A stretch of DNA of 54,053 nt, filler included, from Sphacelaria rigidula (Eukaryota): NCBI GenBank assembly GCA_964200075.2. It is 3 parts of 3 records of this genome, joined end to end, with 100 filler letters (N's around TTAATTAATTAA, not from the genome) between each part and the next. Parts side by side here need not be neighbours in the genome. Positions count along the whole stretch, not along the records: positions 1 to 17,954 come from CAXNAA020000955.1; positions 18,055 to 36,004 come from CAXNAA020000956.1; 1 more part is not named here. One strand, written 5' to 3'. How positions within the stretch are numbered: position 1 is the first letter of the stretch; every line of letters starts with the position of its first letter. Shown in pieces: positions 12,111-23,664 of the stretch. Made by a program: the position numbers and the translations under genes. The notes below the pieces were generated by a model, which did no database searches, was not told the origin of the DNA, and saw nothing but the letters and a program-made list of their open reading frames with translations.

Positions 12111-15100
12111 AGGAAACACTCATCGGTAAGACCTCACGCCGTTTGAAGGAGGTAGACCCTGAAACTTCGCACAAATGTTTTATTTTGACAGATTTTTTCT
12201 TCTTCTACTTCTTTCACCGTTTTTGGGGGGTCCCGATTGTTTGGGGAAACCTCGACCCAATCGAACCCCCAAAAAACGGTAACGACGATGTAGATAACCC
12301 CTTTCCTCCAAAGTTGCGCCATGTCCCGAGGCACAGTTTTACGTTCACGTCCTGCAACGGCGTGAAGTTTTTCGCCTCCGTGCGATGAATTTTGCCGTAC
12401 AGCGGTAATATCGAAAAATCCTTTATTTTAGGACCATGAAGGCATTTCTGGGCCTTTCTTGACGTCAACATGGAAATTGAAGCATCAGTTGCTCGAGTTT
12501 CGCGATGAAAATATGTGGAGCCCATTCTCGGGTTATGCGTAGGCAGATAGTTCGCGAAAAATGGAAAAAAATATCGCGGTGCCGTTTTGGTCGGGTCCCA
12601 GAATGGAGACCACTCCGAAAAACGGGGGAAAACTCAAGAAGTAAGAAACCATCGTTCGTAGAAAGTTACGTAGTGTAACATAGCATATTTAGGCAAAGTT
12701 TCAGGATCTAACTCCAAATGACAGCGTGGACGTTTGCGCGTTTGTGGAGGACGTGGGCTTGAACCGTGTTACTTTCACCTACTTGGTTTTAGTATGGAAA
12801 CGTTTTCCGGGGTTAATTTGACGTCAAGTCGAGAAAAGCTGAATGAGGTTTTCGAATTTCTCCACCAAACTTTGCACATGTAACACTCGATCCTAGAAAA
12901 TGGGGTTCATACAAAATATGGGGTTGAAGTGGCATTCCTCTTTTGAAGGGAAGACACAAAACACTTGCGACCGAGCAAAGCCATCTTCCCCCCCAAATGT
13001 CCGCAGCATTTGAGCAGCTGTGGCTAGGTGCACCTAACCAGTGCGGTGTACACGCGTGTCGAAGGCGACATCACCAGAGAGAAGCAACAACAAAGAGGAC
13101 ACTCCTCGCCCGTGTCCTTTGTGTATCCTTGCTCGACAATTACAAATCGCTTGAGAAACTGGCATCATCGATGTTATTACACCAGCATGTGCCAAATTTT
13201 TCATGTGCCATAACATCGACGTGCGGAGAGATTTCCTCGTCTCTTCTCGCCTGTCGAGCTCACGAATGCGAAGATATCGATTCCTCTTCACCCCTCCTAT
13301 TGGACAGGACGTGCCCTTGTGCACTGAAAAACATGTCGTTGAAAAATAGGGCAATGTTTCATACGTCGGACGAGTCATCACTTGTCGAGACGAGTGCACT
13401 CGTGGATGTTTTTCGAAAACACAACGAGCATGACTCGTGCGATCGAGTCATTCCTTTTTTTCACAACGAGCAATGACTCGTGTGCCCAAGTCATTACCTA
13501 TTTTCACAACGAGCAATGACTCGCGCTCGAGTCATTCACTTTTTGACGTGGTATGACTCGTTTGCTCAAGTAATCGATTTCTTGATCACGAGCAATGACT
13601 CCCTTGCTGGCGTCTTTTCTGGACAACCCAACGACCAATCATCAATCACTGAAGCGATAGACGAGTGAGGCGCGAGACATGGCGGAAGCCTGGTGAAACA
13701 ACGGTAGGATTTGGTGTAGTTGTGACCACTACAAATCGTACTCTTTCCCACCATCGTGTGTTTGCAGCAGGTCTCCATTTGTGACATCTTGAAGTAAAAT
13801 GATCAGTAAGGCCCCTACAGCATTATTTTGACGAAAAACCAACACAAATGGACCCCTAGCGCAAACACACGATCGTAGGGAAAAGGGTATCAAGGGGAAT
13901 ACGTACCCTTTTCAAATCGATCATTGCTTTGCAAGAGAAATGGGGGCACAGAGACCTACCTGGACGAGACAACCGTGGCTCCGTCCACCACATAACTATT
14001 CAGTAAAAAAAACACCAACGGACATCCGTCAAGGAGTCTATGTCTCAGCTTCTTCTACCCCGGCCCCGGCCCCTGAGGTGTCCGCCCCTGACGGAAATAC
14101 ATCTCTCTCGTCTCGGCTCCCGCGACGATGGATACATCCAAGTCGTCAAGTTCCGCCACTCGCACAGGCAAGTACTTGAACACCCGTGTTTGCGGGATTT
14201 CCGGGATGTAATATGGGATGCTGTCGTAGTTCAGGTTGAGATACATCAATATCTCAGGATAGACGGCGTCGAGGTGAGAGCGCTGCGGAGTGAGCATATG
14301 TCCCGCACTGCTGAAGTCCCGCTCGATAGCGGCCGCTGTAGCAGGGTGGCCGAACACAGACCTCGCTACATGTGACAGCCAGCGGAACACCTTAGTGCCG
14401 TAGTCTCTCCACCATTTCAGTGCGTCCTCAAACGGCACCTGCGGCAGAGGTACGAATTGTGAGCATGCCGATGACGTGATCGCGGTTCAGTCGCCAATTA
14501 TTGTTTTCATCAATTTTTTGACTTACATAATCAGCTAACTTGCATAAATAGTTGCTAAATCAAGCTAAACGAATCTATCTGCACCGCCAATTTGAGTCCA
14601 CTGTACGTCGCATCTTATGGTGGCAGAGAGGGCCAACAATCAAAGGCGCTACCTCGCTCAATAACTCGCTCCAGAAGGGCCGTTTATTGCGTGTTTCTTA
14701 ATATGAAAAAAAGATCCTACGATCGCCCAACGGGGCGGGTGGGGGGTGGGGTGTGGGGGGAGCACGAGGTCTGAAATATTTTAGGCACCCTTGGGGGGAC
14801 TAGTACGTACTATACTTGGGGATCCTCTCTCGATTTTTTCAAAATTTTCATTGGTGAGGCGGCGTGTTTTGATTTCTCCCTCTTTCATCGCTGAAGGGAG
14901 TATGAACCATGATTGAAGCGAAGCGATATGCTACAAAATGATAACAAGACCAGTCACACTGCTCTCACTACTCATACTTCCGTCGTGCTTCGCTTACCGC
15001 GAGGTTGGAGCTGCGGAGGTTCCATTCTTCGAACAAAAACACCCTCACGCCCAAATAAGCTCTGCTCCATCCCTCGTCGTCCCATTTGTCCACCTTGAGG

Positions 15101-15446
15101 TGAACACATGGCAGGCACGCCTTGTCCGCGAGGTTTCACAGCCTTCCCGCTCGTCCGCCTTCGTCGCCAAGTACGTCTCGAGGAGTACATGTTTCACCCC
15201 TTTCGCACTGAGATGCGGCGTCAGTTCCGGCCTGCCTCCAGGGTCCATCATCATCGCTGCGTGGTAGTGTCCCACATCCTTGTCCTCGACATAGGTGAAC
15301 GGCAGGAACCTCTTCAGCAGAACGCGTACTTGCATTACGTGCCTGTATCTGCCGTCATGTCCGACACAGAGATGTGTAATTGGCAGAGGAATCGTTGATG
15401 TCATGTTCGAGAATAAACGGAAAACGGTGATACTCAAAATGGTGAT

Positions 15447-15990
15447 GATATACAGTACAGTAATACCCCCTGGTCGGCGGCATATTTCAAACACAGTTTG
15501 TCAAATAAGAAATGATGCGACATACAGACAGCACGACTGTAGCGTAACGTGTTTGGTGGTATTCGCGCAACGGCAGTACAGCACGTTATCGGAGGTGCCG
15601 CATCCCAAGCACAAACATGTTGTGTGTACGGTGCAAAATTGCCATCACCTCATGGCCTCGTGGCCAGCACAGCACAGTACAGTGCATGGCACACATGGTT
15701 CTCCTCGATACCATTTATTATATACTTCGTGCTCGTGTACAAACAGATTCGTAAATTTTGAATTTTGAAGTTGAAATCTGTGCACATGCACACCACAGTA
15801 GTGTTGTCGGGTACTGTAAGAATAATATACAGTACAGTGATACTTCCTGCTCGACGGCATATTTCAAACACAGTTTGTCACATAAGAAATGATGCGACCT
15901 ACAGACAGCACGACTGCAGAGTAACGTGTTTGGTGGTACTCACGCAACGGCAGTACAGCACGTTATCGGAGGTACCGCATCTCAAACACA
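15447..15990. repeat. ~165-bp direct duplication (15447-15612 / 15825-15990) in transposase intron
   Basis: atatacagtacagt...gcatatttcaaacacagtttgtc...cacgttatcggagg occurs twice. Confidence 0.9.
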
Positions 15991-16043
15991 CACATAGCAC
16001 TACAAACGTAAACATACATGCACCAATACGGGCTGAATAATTC

Positions 16044-16140
16044 TGTGTGTGTGTTGTCTCATCTATTCTGGACGCCGGTCTACACCTTTCGGTTCATGTG
16101 GCCACACCAGCCGCGGGGTCACACAGGAGGAAGGCCAACT
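16044..16140 (+). repeat. Dispersed repeat family (core caccagcc..gggtcacacaggagg), partial copy
   Basis: Also at 31344-31453, 36165-36340 and inverted 42425-42615. Confidence 0.8.
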
Positions 16141-17954
16141 CATCAACAACAGCCAATATTTTTGGTTGAATCACAAAGCAGTACAACTGTATTTTATATG
16201 AAAATACCTGTGTGCTCCTATCTTGAAAAAGTTGGACTCCGTGGCGGCTTCAAGCCTATCGCAGGCCTCTGCCTTCGTTGCCTTGATTTTTTGTCCCCTG
16301 GTTGACTGCAGCCCGTGCGTACGAGCGAGATGCCTGCCCCACTTAGTGTTGGCCCCAGTCCAAGCCCTCAATTCCTCCTTCTCGCATTCGGCAGTGGCTA
16401 GGCAGATCCACGCCGCCTGATGTGACTGCTCGTGTATGACCTTGACCTCCGCGAACCAAATGAGCGATGTTGCGCCGGGAGGTATATCTACCTTGCGGTA
16501 CCCATGTGGGGCCTCAAACGCCTGGACACGTTGCCACACATCCTCAGGCACGTCATCCGAACAAAGTGCCGCCTTCTCCTCGTCTGGCACCCAACGGCAC
16601 TGCTATTTCATGTGACTGTAGATGTATAGTCTTCTCGACAGGTACTTTACGCCGCTTCACGTGAACTTTAATTTGTGTGTGGGGGGGGGGGGAAGGAGGT
16701 AAGGGTTGGTGGGGTGAGATAAAATGAGAACGAGTTTTGGAGCTTGACCGTTGTACATGTAGAGATGTGCATGTGAACTCGAAGATTCTAGGCTCGAGAT
16801 CGTGGAAGAGTTATTTGCTCGTCGGATTGCTGACTCCTCCACTGAAGTCGTTCATCACGAGCGATGACTCGAGTGCTCTCGCCCTATCCGTTTTTTCCAC
16901 AACGAGCAATGACTCGAGTGCTCGCCCTTTTCATTTTTTGCACAACGAGCAATGACTCGAGTGCCCCTCCCATTAATTGTTCGGCCAACGAGCTGCCCAA
17001 CGAGTGCGAGTGCCACGAATGACACTAGTGCTCGTCCGACGTATGCAATGTTTCCGTCACCGGTACTTTAACCCCATATTTTGCGTCTGCCCTGCAAAAG
17101 AGAAATGCCACTTCAAGCCTATATTTTGTATGGGCCCCATTTTCTAGGATCCACTCTTATATGTTCCTTGGACTCTGCCGGGACGCATCATTTCATTATT
17201 CTTCTTTCAGGGCATTCTGCACCGGCTTCCGCGGGTCTTCATGCTGGGAACCCCGTAAGCCGGTAGAGAACGGAGAAAACATCATATTTTGTCAAGAATA
17301 TAATTTTTCCATTTTGAGTATAAATACGTACGGAAATGCCGAGTTCGAGGGCGATCTCAGCCCTTCTAGGACAGATATAGGGGACACCGTCACGATGCTC
17401 CCTGGGTCTTTCGTGAGAATCATTCGTGGAAATTACACGACGCCACCACCCGACTCCACCGAAACATCACGGTTTCGGGTATAATTCGACCCCGTAGTAA
17501 CCACTTGAAAAATATGATTTCCTCGTTAGATTCCCGTGTCGATGACGGTTACCACGATTTGATGCATGTAGAGATTGGGTGAAATTCTGGGCTTGGTGCT
17601 CGTAATTTAGATCTCGGAACAGTTTGATCGGCGCTGATTGGCTGAGACACATTTTCGTCCATAGCACCATCGCTACGGCTTCAAACAAAAATCCGTCTGT
17701 CACCCTCTTCGTCTCTTCATTGCGATCAGTATGATACCATATATGCGACTATTGGGTGCGTATTGCGGAAGGCATTTGCCGATGACACAATTTTGGGTGA
17801 TCACCGTGAACCAGCCTGTAATAACAAGTTGAAAAAAGGACTTGACGGACAATTCTATAAAATGAGGTTCAAGCCCAAAACAGTGTTTCTCCCAAACTTT
17901 CAGCGATGGTGCCCAATGACTTCCTTGTCGGCCTAATGCCCCTCGATCGCGTAG

Positions 17955-18054
17955 NNNNNNNNNNNNNNNNNNNNNNNNNNNNNNNNNNNNNNNNNNNNTT
18001 AATTAATTAANNNNNNNNNNNNNNNNNNNNNNNNNNNNNNNNNNNNNNNNNNNN
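17955..18054. other. Assembly gap with artificial six-frame-stop linker TTAATTAATTAA
   Basis: N44-TTAATTAATTAA-N44; identical structure at 36005-36104. Confidence 0.95.
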
Positions 18055-19541
18055 GGATGCTCCCACTAAAACCCCCTATCAACTTGGCGCAGTACACGCG
18101 CCGCCCTGCTTCTGAAAGCTTCGGCCCTAGGACACAGCGGCGATTGATTGATTTTGGATCCCCAAAGCATTTAAAGATACATGCGACTTCATATCAGGTT
18201 TGCTGACTAACTCTGAGACTTGAGCAACTCCCGAGGTCACAGCTTTGAAAAACGAGACACCCTGGTCAACAGCCCACATCGGGGAAAAAAAGTGTACCGA
18301 GTGCCTGAGAAACAATATTTCCGCTCCTGCACTGTATGCAGTACACTTCTATTCATGTGGTCTACTGTACTGTCGAGGGTGCGCCATGACCATGTTGATA
18401 TGCTTTCCTTCGCCGGCTTGTGGGGGCGATTACGGCAGATCCGCGCCGCTTCCTGCTCTCGGCATACCTTCAATCGTCACTCGCTATGCACCTACCAACT
18501 TTCCAACACTGTCCAGCACAACGAGGCCCGCACTGCTCGGGAGGCCGACCTTGGGTAACACTGTCCAACGTTTTCAGAAGTAGTGATGGACCTCTGTACG
18601 ACTGTCTGAAAATCTGGCTCACCCTGCACCTCCCACAGATAGGTGTGACTCGAGATGAGTTACAAGATTTTTGCGCGAAGTGCGATCATCGCCGAGCGCT
18701 TAAAAACCGGCACTCGTCAAAAAAGGAGGACCCGTCTGAAACAAGGGAAAGAACTATCACATGAGACATAGAGGCAGACAGCTGCTACCATCAACTGCTT
18801 GGGATACAGCACCTCCGTGCTTGCTCAGTTTGATTGCCCCAACCTGCAGGCGTCCGCCTTGCGTGTCTTTTCTGATCACAGCACCCGACTACAACTGAAC
18901 TTCCGATGACCAGCTGAACAGACAGTCGTCACATATTCGTTTCAACTTTGTGTGTGTGCAGCGTACAGGTGGTCAGGCCCTCTCCAGCGCACATGACACC
19001 ATGTTCGCCGTACTGTAGAGGGCTTGAAGGCACAGCAGTACAGCGACGACTAAATACAACATAAACATGATGGGTGTGGAAAGCGCCTTGTTGGTTTGAC
19101 ATGAGACGAAACAGCCAACACCGACAGCAGTCTATATTGTCTTTCCCTTGCTCAAAAAAATAAATCAAATGACCAACCATCCATCCATCCATCCATCCAT
19201 CCAATTAATTAATTAATTAATTAAATTTATATATATATTATATATATTTTTTCTAATGCTGTTGAAACAATTGATTGAACATTGACGGAAGCAGAGGAGT
19301 CTGTTAGACTTCGCGAGGTTCGTATGTTGCCTCCTGCGTCTTGCCTGCATTGTTCCAGTCACCTTGGATGCCAGGTACGCTTGCACACGTGTGAGCACAC
19401 GAGCGCACTGTAGCGACAACCTGTAGCTGAAGTTGTCACATTATACCGCGTCCCGGCAAAGCTTACCCGGAAAACCGCTGGGTGCTCAACGCACAGAAGA
19501 CGGGACATGATCCCATAAACGTAGTTATGGCGAATGCTGAA

Positions 19542-19750
19542 ATCAACTTGTGTGATTCAGATGTGCAAGCGGAGGTTGAAAATAGGAGGCTTCCAAAGTG
19601 TCATATGCCGACGGTCACGCGTAGACAGGCATGTCTTGCCGATGACTTCAACTTGTGATTCAGATGTGAAAGCGAGGGTTGAAAATGGGGCGTCATCAAC
19701 GTGTCATGCCGACGGTTACCGGTCGTCGTCATGCACGTCTTGCCAAGCCA
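19542..19750. repeat. Two ~100-bp degenerate tandem copies
   Basis: tcaacttgtg..attcagatgtg..gaggttgaaaat..gtgtcat..gccgacggt..gtcttgcc repeated. Confidence 0.75.
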
Positions 19751-20056
19751 GGTGCAGAGTACGCACTGCTTTTACCACACGAGAGTGCCGCAACACATGT
19801 GCCCGCGATTCACGCAGCAGACAGCCATAAGTGAGGATATAACAGGTATGGAGACATTCTTGTTCGAGTTTATCGGCACGCGAAACTCGTAGGAAGGTCC
19901 CGTACACCAAAAACCAACACAACCCCCAAGTGCTGCCGCCCTTCCGATGATATCAAACGGGCCATTGGTATCTTTCCCAGACCGCCGCGTGCAGAAACAC
20001 GATGCCCATGCGCGCAGTCCCCCTGCACAGCAGCCAACTCAGTGCCGAGGAACATG

Positions 20057-20062
20057 TTAAAC
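20057..20062 (-). CDS. RPL18: 60S ribosomal protein L18 exon 4 (coding part GTT TAA = Val-stop)
   Basis: tgcag|GTTTAA acceptor supplies the expected terminal ...GFKV* after the AAG|gtgaga donor. Confidence 0.7.
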   Translation of the reverse strand, partial: V

Positions 20063-22061
20063 CTGCACATTTTCACATCATAGATCGGAGGGCGCGCACA
20101 CCATGTCGACAGTTGGTGAGTTAAGTTACGGCTTTGGACTGCAGGAAGGCATCTGCGTATGATCAGAAAGTCGCGGAGATGCCTCGCGTATAATGACGCA
20201 AAGTTGTGATCGTGGGGTGGACCCTTTGGCGTGTTCCATACTGTCGGCTGTAGATGACAAATGTACGTTTGGGTATCGAGTATCCCCGGAAAACGGTACC
20301 CCAGGGATACTTGAGTGGGGAAATGACCCTCACGCAGAACACCAGACCGTGACTGCGTTCATGTCGCGTCACAATACAGTCAACCATGCACAGCCAAGGC
20401 TAGTGGCATTAGTCTTGATATTTCGCCAATACGAAGAGCACAACACTTGTGATCGCGCCCACAGGAAGAGGTGCGTGTGGTAGGTGGCTTAGGGCAACGC
20501 ATGTTGTACTTGTTCAAAAGAAATGTCCAAAAACCCCACGTCGTGCTCTGTGTGTTTGATGACACGCCTCAGAACTTCCGGCGTATTCACGACGGCCCTT
20601 CCTATACTCTCCGCTCACTTACACAAAAGGAGGACTTGTTACAGTGGAACTTAATCCACTAGTTTGAGAGCTGGGGCAATCCGCGTCATTAACACCATCA
20701 CAAACGCTACAAGCTGGGACGCCCAAGAGGCGGACAGGGATGTGAACACGCGATTCGGTAGCCGAATTTTGGGTCGTAAAACAACTCCAAATTTAGGAGT
20801 GAAATCGCATTTTTTTTTCTGAGAACGAGTTGAACCGGTTCACTTACTATTCAAGCCTCAGCCGGGACTTTGACGTTTTCTACAAGGGCGACGCATTGGC
20901 GCGCTAGAGGTCGACTGCGTACCATCTCAGATACTGCGCGCCCACAGTACATGCCTTGCTGTACGACAACAAGTACAGCATAGTAACTTTGCGGTTGCGG
21001 CACAACAGACTGTGACCGTAAATGCGAACCGTTAATGCCATTTCAGCCGTTTTTCCCCCCAACTTCGCCTCAAGGCCACTCTCAACTCTACACACTTCGC
21101 AGCCGACTGCAGTTTAGAATTTCGTTTGATAGGAACTGGTCAGATAGCAGTGCCACGTGAACGGAAAGACGCGCGTTGATTTGCAAATCACCACGATGTC
21201 ATGGTGGACACAAATCGCGATAGATCGTCAGTAAGAACCGGCTGAAGGAAAGTCCGCTTCTTGGGCGGTCCAGCCTGTACAGCCCTTTTGCAGCTGCAGA
21301 GAACGTCTGTAGCATTTCAAGCGTACTATACCGTCCGTTGCGGCCGGTCCGCGTTCTTCTTCACGTTGCGGACGACGAGACGTCACCATCCGATCTCTCA
21401 CGGCTCATCGGAAAGGTCGGAACGAAGAAATTTCAGCCTCAACCCCTGCGAAGCGACCGCAGCTCTTTTCGCCACGTACGAGTCCATGATGATTGGTACA
21501 TGGGTGATTGTGCTCCTTATTTCGAGTTCTTGGTCAAGGGCACCAGTGGAGGTCAAACGGGAAGGGCAACAGTGATCAATACTTCCGACAATCACAGCAC
21601 CTCTGCTTTCAGGAATCCTGCTGATTTTTCTCGCCGGGAAAAAGGGTGTTTGTGACGGACTGCTGGTGGGAGCGTATCTGTGTTCAAACATGTGAAGTTT
21701 CGTTATCTAGAGTTACTTCGTGTTTCACCCACTCACTGCAACACTAGAGCCGACAAACTGTGTTTCCAAGGGCGGTAACACCCTCATGATAGACGGGGTA
21801 TTCACTCGTTTAGTCCGAGTACACTAACCAACACTGACTTGGGCACCATGTTTCAAGGATGGGCCGTTATTTGTATTAAAATCTACCGGCGCTCGCACTT
21901 TCGTATTTTATCGACCGGTAGTACGCGAGGAAAACCCCCAAAACACCCCTGACTAGTTGAACCGCCCACAACGGTAGACATTTGCGTTCGTGCAGCTTGG
22001 CTACGTGGCGAGGGCCTATGCAATATGAGAGCAGAATCCCTCCAACTATGTAAATTCTCAC

Positions 22062-22164
22062 CTTGAATCCGTTGGACCTGCGGCGACCACGGGCCTTCTC
22101 GAACTTGCGACCCTTGGAGCGTACATATGGCTTGACACCATCGTGGGTGTGCAAGTTGTTCACG
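22062..22164 (-). CDS. RPL18: 60S ribosomal protein L18 exon 3
   Basis: ttcccag|[35 protein letters not shown]|gtgaga; phase matches exon 2. Confidence 0.93.
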
Positions 22165-22635
22165 CTGGGAAGAGAGAACGGTTGATATGGGGTGAAATAT
22201 ATGACTCATGTAAGAATGGACCGGACATGCATGGGGTGACATTTCTCGTCGACAGTCGGGATGTAGGAAAATTGATAGTGCAGTGTTTCCAGTGCACGCT
22301 CAGTCACGGGCGTTATTTCGTTCTTTTTCGGCAGCAGAACCACCGCCAAGTACATTCCGTTACACACGCGCTACGTGACTGAAAGTAGGAGCTCTTGCGG
22401 GCCAAAATTGAGGATGCAGCGGTCGAAAAGACGTTTCCCGGAGACAAGTGCAGGGCAATCTGGACGGGGTGCTGAACACGAACCTGAATAACGCAGATCG
22501 GCTCATGAGTCTTCGGTAGCGAATCCTCAGAGGGTAGTGTCACAAGGCGTCAACTGATGACAAAACTGCTGGGACCATAAGTATTACATATACTAGAATG
22601 CCCTCGAAACAAAAGATCTAGAAGTCATCACTCAC

Positions 22636-22807
22636 GTGGTCCTGTGACCGAAGTGCCTCACAGCCTCGCGGGCGTTCTTGGGGCCGCGAAGGAGGACGGT
22701 GTTGGACCCCTTCGGCGCGCGCAGCGCAAGCTGGTCCAAAGTGATGCACTCCCCCCCAGCCGCAAGGATTCGGGCGCGGGCAGTCTCCGTGAACCTGAGA
22801 GCACACA
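22636..22807 (-). CDS. RPL18: 60S ribosomal protein L18 exon 2
   Basis: cgcag|..[57 protein letters not shown]|gtgagt. Confidence 0.95.
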
Positions 22808-23119
22808 CTGCGAACGCGCAAGTGATGGCGCCGAGGTTACAACTCACCACGGAGGAAATGTCCAACATTCTCAAGATATGATTGACTCCGTATTCCAAGA
22901 TATACGCAACAGTTCCATCTTCTACTTGATTCATCACGACTGCTGCAGTAGTAGACACGGGCGACGCTGTTCGTGCGCACGTTTGGTAGCGAAAACAGAT
23001 CAGTCCCGGTTTCTGGCAGTCACCCACGACATGGTACAAGTATCGACGTCAATAGTAACATGTTCCAGCAGGCAGGCAGGTAATTTTCATGAGTCGGAAA
23101 GCGTTTTCTTTGGTCTCGA

Positions 23120-23474
23120 GGCCGCTGTTGACTTGCCGGGCTAGTCGAAGCGGTTCCGGGACGTCTCCCCATTCTCCGGTGGTTGCAATCATTATTTTTG
23201 CTCGACCGAGATCGTTGTCCAAGAACAGTCAGGTCCAGGAAAAAATCCCGACTCCCCTAGATTCGGCAGTTTTTGGACAAAATATCTCGTTTGGCCGAGG
23301 TGAAGCTGCGGCCACCGGAAGATGGGCGTGTCCTGGAACCGCCTCAACTAGTGCCGCAAGTCATTCCTAGAGGTCAAACTCCGCTCAGCTTTCGTTTGGC
23401 GGCGTGGAACGACGTATGTTCTCCTGAAGGGCACTTTTCCAGGTTACTATCTTTGTCGATCATGAGCAGCGGCC
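23120..23474. mobile_element. Harbinger/Tourist-like foldback MITE in RPL18 intron 1 (second partial copy follows, ~23470-24200)
   Basis: GGCCGCTG...CAGCGGCC ends; similar to 53077-53526. Confidence 0.7.
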
Positions 23475-23567
23475 TGCTCATGACGGCCGCGTGTTCTGGC
23501 AAATAAGTAAGGAAAAAAGTGAAAAAGCTACTTTTTTGGAGCATTTACGTCGATCGATACCCCTCAA

Positions 23568-23664
23568 CCTTTAGGGAGCGGTACGGGTCGTCCAGATGTA
23601 TCATACATTTTCAAGTAAATTTTGACGTCCATCCATCAGGTGACCCACCCTCGCGGATAGAGGA
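23568..23664. mobile_element. Diverged ~100-bp piggyBac-like mini-MITE
   Basis: Similar to 30593-30693 and 35556-35654. Confidence 0.5.

Larger units (their letters stand above)
14055..16590 (-). pseudogene. hAT transposase remnant: BED-like finger exon (to 16208), exon 15342-14998 with first catalytic Asp, hATC exon from 14438
   Basis: WIC..C...HLARTH; LPFTYVED; (frameshift) HLKVDKW...YLGV; WW...LSHVARSVFGHPATAAAIERDFSSAG; GT-AG sites at exon borders. Confidence 0.85.
13360..17045 (-). mobile_element. hAT DNA transposon, internally deleted
   Basis: Perfect 15-bp TIR CATACGTCGGACGAG / CTCGTCCGACGTATG; perfect 8-bp TSD CAATGTTT (13352-13359, 17046-17053); subterminal acgagcaatgactcg repeats at both ends. 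Confidence 0.95.
12889..17151. mobile_element. Middle nested element (or internal foldback of the outer one) defined by ~70-bp inverted repeats
   Basis: gatcctagaaaatggggttcatacaaaatatggggttgaagtggcatt.. (12889-12960) vs reverse complement of 17080-17151. Confidence 0.65.
12040..17818. mobile_element. Outer TIR element flanked by TA (Tc1/mariner-like non-autonomous)
   Basis: TA|CAGGCTGGTTCAC at 12038-12052 and GTGAACCAGCCTG|TA at 17806-17820; similarity continues inward (tcaccca...tcatcgg). Confidence 0.75.

Noticed and set aside
13400..13600. Regularly spaced acgagcaatgactcg repeats (CRISPR-like appearance; also 16855-16960)
   Set aside because: Subterminal repeats of the hAT element; spacers are similar to each other; no cas genes; eukaryotic context
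17999..18010. TTAATTAATTAA palindrome inside N-runs (also 36049-36060)
   Set aside because: Identical, centred in 100-bp gaps, stops in all frames: scaffolding linker, not biology; adjacency across it is unverified
22527..22631. GTGATGA...CTGA box C/D-like pattern in RPL18 intron 2
   Set aside because: Box C overlaps the 5' splice site; no terminal stem or exact rRNA guide found
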